From NCBI RefSeq assembly GCF_003324675.1, contig NZ_CP030918.1, positions 510,001-542,000 of the forward strand: 32,000 nucleotides of DNA. Direction: 5' to 3'. Both the position numbers and the translations under genes were made by a program. Source of the DNA: Paracoccus suum. GTDB taxonomy: Bacteria > Pseudomonadota > Alphaproteobacteria > Rhodobacterales > Rhodobacteraceae. Below the pieces are notes generated by a model, which saw only the letters and a list, made by a program, of their open reading frames with translations, was not told the DNA's origin and ran no database searches. Shown here in pieces: positions 25,900 to 32,000 of the stretch (positions are counted from its first letter, which is position 1; every line of letters starts with the position of its first letter).

Positions 25900-26909
25900 C
25901 CGAGGATATCATGATCCGCCGCGACCGCCGCGCCGGACGCATCACCCTGAACCGGCCAGCGGCGCTAAACGCGCTGAGCCATCAGATGGCCTTGTCGATC
26001 GCCGCGGCCCTTACCGAGTGGCAGGACGACCCGGAAATCGCGCTTGTGATCATCGACGCCGCGGGCGAGCGCGCCTTCTGCGCCGGCGGCGATATCGCCG
26101 CACTCTGGCACGCCGCCACGGCCGGCGATCACGAGGTTGGCCGTCGCTTTTTCGCCGACGAATACCGCATGAACGCGCAGATCGCGAACTACCCCAAGCC
26201 CGTCGTCGCCTTCATGCAGGGCTTTGTCATGGGTGGTGGCGTCGGCGTCGGCGGCCATGCCAGCCAGCGGATTGTCGGCGACAGCACGCAGGTCGCCATG
26301 CCCGAATGCGGCATCGGCCTGATCCCCGATGTCGGCGGCAGCTGGCTGCTGGCCCGCGCGCCGGGCCGGATCGGCGAGTATCTGGGCCTGACCGGCGCGC
26401 GCCTGGGGCCGGGCGACGCGATCCACGCGGGTTTTGCCGACCGCTACATCCCCGAGGGCGAATGGCCCGCCGCTATCGACCGGCTGGCCGAGAGCGGCGA
26501 TGTCGGCACCCTGCCCCAGCACCCCGCCCCGCCGGCCCCGCTGGAGGGCGCCGACCTGTCGGCCTTTGGCGGCGCGCAGGTGGCTGATATCACCGCCGCG
26601 CTGGCTGACGCCGGGAACGAGGGCGCGCTGACGCCGCTGCGCCGGAACTCGCCGCTCAGCATGGCGACCGCGCTGGCGATGATCCGGGCCGCCCGCGGCG
26701 ACCGTCGCATCGAACAATCGCTGGCGCGCGAGTATCGCTTTTCCCATCGCGCCACAGCGCAGGCGGATTTCGTCGAAGGCGTGCGCGCCCAGATCATCGA
26801 CAAGGACCGCAAGCCTGCCTGGGCCGCGCCATCGGACCGGGCGGCGGTCGATGCGATGCTGGCGCCGCTGGGCACGCGCGAGTTGGATTGGCAGCGGGAC
26901 GAGGGGTAA
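25896..26909 (+). CDS. 3-hydroxyisobutyryl-CoA hydrolase-type enoyl-CoA hydratase/isomerase family protein
   Basis: 337 aa with an ATGA overlap onto the upstream stop. Has the crotonase blocks RAFCAGGDI and AFMQGFVMGGGVG plus the extra C-terminal domain and length typical of HIBCH rather than 260-aa hydratases. Confidence 0.88.
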   Translation: MTEDIMIRRDRRAGRITLNRPAALNALSHQMALSIAAALTEWQDDPEIALVIIDAAGERAFCAGGDIAALWHAATAGDHEVGRRFFADEYRMNAQIANYPKPVVAFMQGFVMGGGVGVGGHASQRIVGDSTQVAMPECGIGLIPDVGGSWLLARAPGRIGEYLGLTGARLGPGDAIHAGFADRYIPEGEWPAAIDRLAESGDVGTLPQHPAPPAPLEGADLSAFGGAQVADITAALADAGNEGALTPLRRNSPLSMATALAMIRAARGDRRIEQSLAREYRFSHRATAQADFVEGVRAQIIDKDRKPAWAAPSDRAAVDAMLAPLGTRELDWQRDEG

Positions 26910-26914
26910 CGGCC

Positions 26915-27799
26915 ATGCAAATCGGTTTCATCGGATTGGGCAACATGGGTGGCCCGATGGCCGCGAACCTCGCCCGGGCCGGCCATGTCGTGACCGGGTT
27001 CGATCTGTCGGTCGAGGTGCCGGACGGGGTCCTCGCCGCACAAAGCGCGCAGGACGCCGTGCGTGACGCCGAGGTCGTCATCACCATGCTGCCCAGCGGC
27101 GCCATTCTGCGCGACGTCGCGGCGCAGGTCCTGCCGGCGATGCGCGCCGGCACGATTCTGTGCGATTGCTCGACCGTCGATGTCGCCAGCGCCCGCGATG
27201 TGGCGGCCGAGGCGCAGGCCAAGGGCATCGGCGCGTTGGATGCTCCAGTCTCGGGCGGGGTCGGCGGTGCAGCGGCCGGCACGCTAACCTTCATGGTTGG
27301 CGGCCCGCCAGAAGTGTTCGGGCGCGTCACCCCCCTCTTCGACGTGATGGGCAGCAAGACTGTTCTGTGCGGCGATGCCGGGGCGGGTCAGGCCGCAAAG
27401 CTGTGCAACAACATGATCCTCGGGATCACCATGATCGGCACCTGCGAGGCGTTTGCACTGGCCAGCAAGCTCGGGCTGGATGCCGCGCGTCTGTTTGACG
27501 TGGTCTCCACCTCGTCAGGGTCCAGCTGGTCGGTGAACACGTATTGCCCGGTGCCCGGCGTCGGCCCGACCACCCCAGCCGACAACGATTATCGCCCCGG
27601 ATTTGCCGCGGAACTGATGCTGAAGGACCTGCGTTTGGCACAAGATGCGGCAACGGGCGCTGGCGCGGACACGCCACTTGGCGCCATGGCCGCCGATCTT
27701 TACGCGAGCTTTGTTGAAGCCGAGGGCGGCCGCGGACGTGACTTTTCTGCCATGCTGCCCCGCTTTCTGGCGCGCGCACACGGACAGCTGAATGATTAG
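26915..27799 (+). CDS. mmsB: 3-hydroxyisobutyrate dehydrogenase
   Basis: 294 aa from ATG 26915. Contains IGFIGLGNMGGPMAANL (NAD-binding), DAPVSGGVGGAAAGTLTFMVGG and AGQAAKLCNNM. Confidence 0.93.
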   Translation: MQIGFIGLGNMGGPMAANLARAGHVVTGFDLSVEVPDGVLAAQSAQDAVRDAEVVITMLPSGAILRDVAAQVLPAMRAGTILCDCSTVDVASARDVAAEAQAKGIGALDAPVSGGVGGAAAGTLTFMVGGPPEVFGRVTPLFDVMGSKTVLCGDAGAGQAAKLCNNMILGITMIGTCEAFALASKLGLDAARLFDVVSTSSGSSWSVNTYCPVPGVGPTTPADNDYRPGFAAELMLKDLRLAQDAATGAGADTPLGAMAADLYASFVEAEGGRGRDFSAMLPRFLARAHGQLND

Positions 27800-27802
27800 G
27801 AC

Positions 27803-27835
27803 GGAACCTAATCGCACGAGACTCAATTAGGTTCC
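27803..27835 (+). terminator. 10-bp perfect hairpin GGAACCTAAT-N13-ATTAGGTTCC just after mmsB stop
   Basis: The arms are at 27803-27812 and 27826-27835, starting 4 nt after the TAG stop. The stem is unusually AT-rich for this genome. The trailing sequence AAATCGTTCT is only weakly U-rich. Confidence 0.45.
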
Positions 27836-27859
27836 AAATCGTTCTGAACCGGCAAAGAC

Positions 27860-28159
27860 ATGAGACGCATCCCCTGTTTGGTCGCAGCTGGCATGTCCGC
27901 TGTCGTCATCGGCAGCTCTTCCCTATTGGCATTGAAGTCCCCAGCCCCGACCGCACCCGCGGCCCCGGCCCCTTTGGAGGTCGGCAGCTACATCGCGCCT
28001 GACGAGATTCACTGGGTCAGCAATCCTGGCCGCTACGGGTTGGGAACGGTGCCGGATGGCACCCAATACGCCGTTGTGGCGGGCGAGTTGGTGCGGATCG
28101 ATTTGGACAATGGCGTGCTGCGCGCGATCCTGCGCCCGGTGACGCGGCTGCTCGATTAA
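27860..28159 (+). CDS. small secreted hypothetical protein (RcnB-like C-terminal motif)
   Basis: 99 aa. Has a signal-peptide-like N-terminus (MRRIPCLVAAGMSAVVIGSSSLLA) and a Pro/Ala linker. The segment Y..P....W..NPGRYGL...P.G..Y..V.GE.V..D...G.. is reminiscent of RcnB/YohN-type periplasmic proteins. The RBS is weak and the codon usage is atypical. Confidence 0.5.
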   Translation: MRRIPCLVAAGMSAVVIGSSSLLALKSPAPTAPAAPAPLEVGSYIAPDEIHWVSNPGRYGLGTVPDGTQYAVVAGELVRIDLDNGVLRAILRPVTRLLD

Positions 28160-28203
28160 CGCCCATTTCCCGCTCAGCGCAGTTAGCGCTTATGTCATCG
28201 GGA

Positions 28204-29856
28204 TCAGCCAGCCAGCAGGGCGTCAGCTGCGGCGCGCGCCGCATCGGTGATCCGCTCGCCCGCGAGCATGCGCGCGATCTCGTCCCGCCGCTCGGCCTCA
28301 TCCAGCAGCACCACCTGCGAGCGCGTCTCGCCGCCCGCCACCGCCTTCGACACGCGAAAGTGGGACCCGGCACGCGCCGCGACCTGCGGGGCGTGGGTGA
28401 CGACCAGCACCTGGGCATCCTCGGACAGCCGCGCCAGACGACGCCCGACGGCGTCCGCGGTGGCGCCGCCCACGCCGCGATCGATCTCGTCAAAGATCAT
28501 CGTCACCGCCTCGTTGCCCCGCGCGAGGCAGACCTTCAGCGCCAGCAGGAAACGCGATAGCTCGCCGCCCGAAGCGATTCTGTCCAGCGGCCCGGCCGGC
28601 GCACCGGGGTTGGTCGCGACTGAAAAGCTGACCGCATCCTGCCCGGAAGGGCCCGGCTCGCCCGGCTCGATCAGGGTTTCAAACCGCGCGCGCTCCATCT
28701 TCAGCGGCGCCAGCTCGCCGGCCATGGCCTTGTCGAGCGCCTTGGCGGCCTTGGTCCGCTGGGCGGTGGCGCACTGGGCAACTTCGGCGTAGGCGGCCTC
28801 GGCGTCGGCGGCCGCGCCGCGCAGGCGGGCCAGATCGCCCTCGCCCGCGTCAAGCCGGCCGAGCCGCTCGCGCAGGTCGGCGGCGAGCGTTCCCAGATCG
28901 TCGGCCAGCACATCATGCTTGCGGGCCAAGGCGCGAATGGCGAACAACCGCTCCTCCGCCGCCTCCAGTTCGGACGGGTCGAAGTCCATGTCGGCTAGCG
29001 CCGCCTCGACGCCGGACGCAGCTTCGCCGAGTTCGATCAGGCAGCGGCCAAGGGCGGCGATGGGCTCGTCCAGGCTGCCCTCTGGCGCGGCGTCGCTCGC
29101 GCCTTCCAGCCAGCGGCTGGCGTCGATCAACTGGCCCTCCGCGGCCTGCGGCCCGAGGGCCGACAGCGCCTTGACGATATCGCCGCGGATCCGCTCGGCC
29201 CCTTGCATGGCACGGCGACGCGTGTCCAGAACGGCATCCTCGCCCGGCTGCGGATCCAGCTTGTCCAACTCGGCCACGGCGTGGCGCAGGAAATCCTCCT
29301 CGGCGCGGGCGGCGGCCATCTGGGCGACATGCGCCTCGACCGCTGCTTCGGCCGTGCGCCGGGCGGTCCAGGCGGCGCGAAGTGGCGCGAGATCGAGGCC
29401 GGCAAAGGCGTCCAGCAGCGCCCGATGACAGCGCGGGTTCAACAGGCCGCGGTCGTCCTGCTGGCCGTGCAATTCGACCAGGACATCGGACAGGCTGCGC
29501 AGCACCTCAGCGCTGCTGCGGCGGTCGTTGATATAGGCGGTCTTGCGCCCGTCCGGGCTTGCAGTGCGGCGCAGGATCAGGTCCTCGCCCGGATCGCCGG
29601 ACAGCCCGGCCTCGGCCAGCAGTTCATGCGCGGGATGGCCGGCAGGCAGCGAGAAAACCGCCGTAACCTCGCCTTGCGCAGCACCCACGCGCACGACATC
29701 GGCGCGGCCGCGCCAGCCCAGCACAAAGCCGAGGCAATCCAGCAGGATCGACTTTCCCGCGCCTGTCTCACCTGTCAGCACGTTCAGGCCCGGGCCAAAC
29801 TCCAGCGCCTGCCGGTCGATCAGCAGCATGTCGCGGATCTCGAGATTCCGCAGCAT
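28204..29856 (-). CDS. recN: DNA repair protein RecN
   Basis: 550 aa from ATG 29856. Contains LEIRDMLLIDR, Walker A GETGAGKS, a long coiled-coil middle, and the C-terminal ASGGELSRFLLALK signature followed by MIFDEIDRGVGG (Walker B). Confidence 0.94.
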   Translation of the reverse strand: MLRNLEIRDMLLIDRQALEFGPGLNVLTGETGAGKSILLDCLGFVLGWRGRADVVRVGAAQGEVTAVFSLPAGHPAHELLAEAGLSGDPGEDLILRRTASPDGRKTAYINDRRSSAEVLRSLSDVLVELHGQQDDRGLLNPRCHRALLDAFAGLDLAPLRAAWTARRTAEAAVEAHVAQMAAARAEEDFLRHAVAELDKLDPQPGEDAVLDTRRRAMQGAERIRGDIVKALSALGPQAAEGQLIDASRWLEGASDAAPEGSLDEPIAALGRCLIELGEAASGVEAALADMDFDPSELEAAEERLFAIRALARKHDVLADDLGTLAADLRERLGRLDAGEGDLARLRGAAADAEAAYAEVAQCATAQRTKAAKALDKAMAGELAPLKMERARFETLIEPGEPGPSGQDAVSFSVATNPGAPAGPLDRIASGGELSRFLLALKVCLARGNEAVTMIFDEIDRGVGGATADAVGRRLARLSEDAQVLVVTHAPQVAARAGSHFRVSKAVAGGETRSQVVLLDEAERRDEIARMLAGERITDAARAAADALLAG

Positions 29857-29867
29857 CGGCGCGTCCC

Positions 29868-30740
29868 TTACAGCCAGCGCCCCTGGATCACCTGGCGATA
29901 GACGTCTGTCAGCCAACTCTTGCCCCGCGCCTGCGGGGCGAGGCCGCGACCGCGCAGCTGCGCAAAGGCATCACCATAGAAGGGCGAGGACTGGAAGTTG
30001 TGACCCAGGATCGCGCCTGCGGTCTGTGCCTCGTCGGTCAGGCCAAGGGCCAGATAGGCTTCGACCAGGCGCAGGAGCGCCTCGGGGGTGTGGGTCGTGG
30101 TCTGGTATTCCTCAACCACCACACGGAAGCGGTTGATCGCCGCCGTGTAATGTCCACCCTTCAGGTAGAAGCGCCCGATCTCCATCTCTTTGGCGGCGAG
30201 GTGATCGAAGGACAGGTCGAACTTGAGGATCGCGCTGCGCGCGTATTCGCTGTCGGGATACTGCTCGATCACCTCGCGCAGTGCCTGCAGGGCCTGGAAG
30301 GTCAGGCCCTGGTCGCGGCCGACATCGTCGATCTGGTCGTAATAGCTGAGGGCCAGCAGGTATTTCGCGTAGGCTTCGTCGTCATCGCCCGGATAGCTGT
30401 CGATGAACCGTCGAGCGGCGCCCCGCGCCTCCTCGTAGTTGCGGGCCTTGTGGTAGCTGTAGGCTTCCATGATCAGGGCGCGCTTGGCCCAGTCCGAATA
30501 CGGATACAGCCGCTCGACTTCCGAGAAGTAATAGACCGCTTCCTTGGGCCGCTGCGAGTTTTCCAATTCGAACTCGCCGCGCTTGTAGATCTGCTCGGCG
30601 GTGAACGCGTCGAGCGGCGCTCGCGTGCCCGATGCCCCGCCGCCACGCTGGCCGCAGCCAGCCAGCAGCGCCACCGAGACGGTGAGCGCGACGAGGGTTG
30701 CCTTGGATGCGATTCCCGCCATGCCGTCCCGCCTGTCCAT
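29868..30740 (-). CDS. bamD: outer membrane protein assembly factor BamD (lipoprotein)
   Basis: Has the lipobox LLAGC after a signal peptide and a TPR-like YfiO body (YKRGEFELE...YFSEVERLYPYSDWA...YAKYLLALSYY). The start is either ATG 30740 or ATG 30722. The gene lies in the conserved lpxC-bamD-recN order. Confidence 0.9.
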   Translation of the reverse strand: MDRRDGMAGIASKATLVALTVSVALLAGCGQRGGGASGTRAPLDAFTAEQIYKRGEFELENSQRPKEAVYYFSEVERLYPYSDWAKRALIMEAYSYHKARNYEEARGAARRFIDSYPGDDDEAYAKYLLALSYYDQIDDVGRDQGLTFQALQALREVIEQYPDSEYARSAILKFDLSFDHLAAKEMEIGRFYLKGGHYTAAINRFRVVVEEYQTTTHTPEALLRLVEAYLALGLTDEAQTAGAILGHNFQSSPFYGDAFAQLRGRGLAPQARGKSWLTDVYRQVIQGRWL

Positions 30741-30755
30741 TACGTCCACCGCACC

Positions 30756-30786
30756 GGGCGGGGGCCATGCAATATGGCCCCGGCCC
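30756..30786 (-). other. 13-bp (one mismatch) GC-rich intercistronic hairpin between lpxC and bamD
   Basis: The plus strand reads GGGCGGGGGCCAT-gcaat-ATGGCCCCGGCCC. The core 8-bp stem is perfect (30761-30768 with 30774-30781). No U-tract is present on either strand. Confidence 0.5.
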
Positions 30787-30871
30787 GCGCGCAGCCCCGA
30801 TCTGCTAGCATAGAAAAACCGGGGGCGCAAAATGGCATTCGCGGGAAAAGTTCAGCGGCAATTGCCAGCCC

Positions 30872-31816
30872 TTAGGCAGTCGCCAGCGCCCGCAGCCCCT
30901 GGCTTGCGGAGGGCACCGGGTGCAGGTCCAGCCCGGCGCCCGGCAGGCGGGATGTCAGGGCGGGGGCGCAGACCTCCCAGGCATAGGCCTCGGGGTCGGC
31001 AAACAGCGCGCGCAGCAGCCGGTTGGTCAGCGCGTGACCGCCGCGATTGGCGGTCAGACGTCCCAACAGCGGTGCCCCGGCCAGGGCCAGATCGCCCATC
31101 GCGTCCAGCATCTTGTGGCGCACCGGCTCGTCCGCGTGGCGCAGCCCGCCCGGCGTAAGCACGCGCGCGCCGTCCACGACGACGGCGTTGAAATACGTGC
31201 CGCCGAGCGCTTGTCCGCGCGATTGCATCGCGGCCACGTCCGCTTGGCGGCAGAAGGTGCGGCTGTCCATCAACTCACTGACGAACCTGCCGTTGACCAT
31301 GTCGAGGCGCTTGTGCTGGCGGCCGATCGCGGGCTCGGTGAAGTCGATCGAGAAATCGATCTCCAACTGGTCCGCGGGCTCCAGCGTTTCGGTGGCACCG
31401 CCTTCGCTGACGGTGACGGGACGCAGCACGCGGATGACGCGCAGCGGGGCGGATTGGCGGCGGATGCCGGCATCCAGGATGCCCTCGACGAAGGGCTGGG
31501 CCGAGCCGTCGAGAATCGGCACTTCCGGCCCGTCGAGGTCGATCAGCGCGTTGTGCACGCCGGTGCCAGCCAGCGCCGCCATGACATGCTCGATGGTCGA
31601 GATGGTGACCCCGTCCTCGCCCTGCAGCCGGGTGCAGAGCGGGGTCGGCACCACGCGGTCCCACAGTGCCGGGATGGTCGGGCGACCGGGCAGGTCAGTG
31701 CGGCGAAAGACAATGCCATGGTTTTCGGGTGCAGGGTTGATCGCCAGACGTGCGGAGGCGCCCGAGTGAAGGCCGACCCCCCGGAAGCGCGCGATCTGAT
31801 TGAGAGTTGCCTGCAT
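30872..31816 (-). CDS. lpxC: UDP-3-O-acyl-N-acetylglucosamine deacetylase
   Basis: 314 aa. Contains GVGLHSG, TIEHVMAAL, EVPILDGSA and HKMLDAMGDLAL, which are canonical LpxC. AAGGA lies upstream of ATG 31816. Confidence 0.95.
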   Translation of the reverse strand: MQATLNQIARFRGVGLHSGASARLAINPAPENHGIVFRRTDLPGRPTIPALWDRVVPTPLCTRLQGEDGVTISTIEHVMAALAGTGVHNALIDLDGPEVPILDGSAQPFVEGILDAGIRRQSAPLRVIRVLRPVTVSEGGATETLEPADQLEIDFSIDFTEPAIGRQHKRLDMVNGRFVSELMDSRTFCRQADVAAMQSRGQALGGTYFNAVVVDGARVLTPGGLRHADEPVRHKMLDAMGDLALAGAPLLGRLTANRGGHALTNRLLRALFADPEAYAWEVCAPALTSRLPGAGLDLHPVPSASQGLRALATA

Positions 31817-31951
31817 GGCCGACGTCCTTTGTACTGCGCCGTCCTTGTCCGCGGCGCCTTGTCACAAGAGCTAGGAGGCCGCCCGTCGCTCCTCAATTAA
31901 CGATTTGTAACCGGATGAAACACGAAAGCCCGCACGCGGGGCCGGAATGCG

Positions 31952-31977
31952 AAAAGGACCACCCTTGCGGGTGGCCC
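31952..31977 (-). terminator. rho-independent terminator of the gene upstream of lpxC (off-window, probably ftsZ by synteny)
   Basis: The minus strand reads GGGCCACCC-GCAA-GGGTGGTCC-TTTT. This is a 9-bp stem with one A-C mismatch, a GNRA loop and a U-tract. A weaker hairpin plus TTTCGTGTTT follows at about 31925-31942. Confidence 0.75.
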
Positions 31978-32000
31978 TTGATGCTCTCGCTCTCACGGAT

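Noticed and set aside
31896-31910. CtrA-like box (TTAA-N7-TAAC) upstream of lpxC.
   Set aside because: The second half-site deviates from TTAAC at the consensus spacing; it fits only with N6 spacing and one mismatch. A single degenerate AT-rich match in a short AT-rich spacer is not sufficient evidence.
1-32000. A search for defence-system hallmarks: CRISPR repeats, cas genes, restriction-modification, toxin-antitoxin pairs, reverse transcriptases, and TIR, STAND or helicase-nuclease operons. I also looked for mobile elements.
   Set aside because: None were seen. The only nuclease-superfamily protein (EEP, 425-1477) has a signal peptide and a housekeeping context. RecN sits in its conserved lpxC-bamD-recN neighbourhood. 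The only tandem repeat is a 2 x 9 nt unit at 20304-20321.

Overview
This is a high-GC (roughly two-thirds G+C by eye) alphaproteobacterial chromosomal segment. Gene content and order suggest Rhodobacterales/Paracoccaceae, but that is inference only. I can support 30 protein-coding genes and one tRNA. There is no rRNA, CRISPR array, transposase, integrase or recognisable phage or defence hallmark. Most of the window is housekeeping: an hdeD-like gene, a secreted EEP-family protein, mtaB-dapF, tRNA-Lys(UUU), mtgA, a GST, queG, a DMT transporter, aroC, coaD, a CBS protein, and the recN-bamD-lpxC tail of the division/cell-wall cluster. A valine (possibly also pyrimidine) catabolic block is interrupted by an NCS1 permease: mmsA, then the permease, then acyl-CoA dehydrogenase, 3-hydroxyisobutyryl-CoA hydrolase and mmsB. 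The only accessory-looking block is a ~10.4 kb, ten-gene, tightly packed minus-strand glycan operon (7434-17806). Its order is cysQ-kdsB-GT2-galU-galE-GT4-GT2-(GT14-like fusion)-(two-domain NodH-like sulfotransferase), and it faces a divergent orphan KpsM-like ABC-2 permease. It looks like a locus for a sulfated, Kdo-linked glycoconjugate, and it carries three sizeable protein regions I cannot assign to any family. It is my best candidate for something undescribed, but I cannot claim novelty without database searches. The second candidate is a ~350 bp hairpin-rich non-coding spacer between the convergent aroC and coaD genes (19980-20331). Its coaD-proximal end is a C-rich (coaD-strand) / G-run (plus-strand) tract. 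All protein assignments rest on motifs and family features recalled from memory. No BLAST, HMM or RNA-folding computation was possible. Start codons are uncertain where noted.
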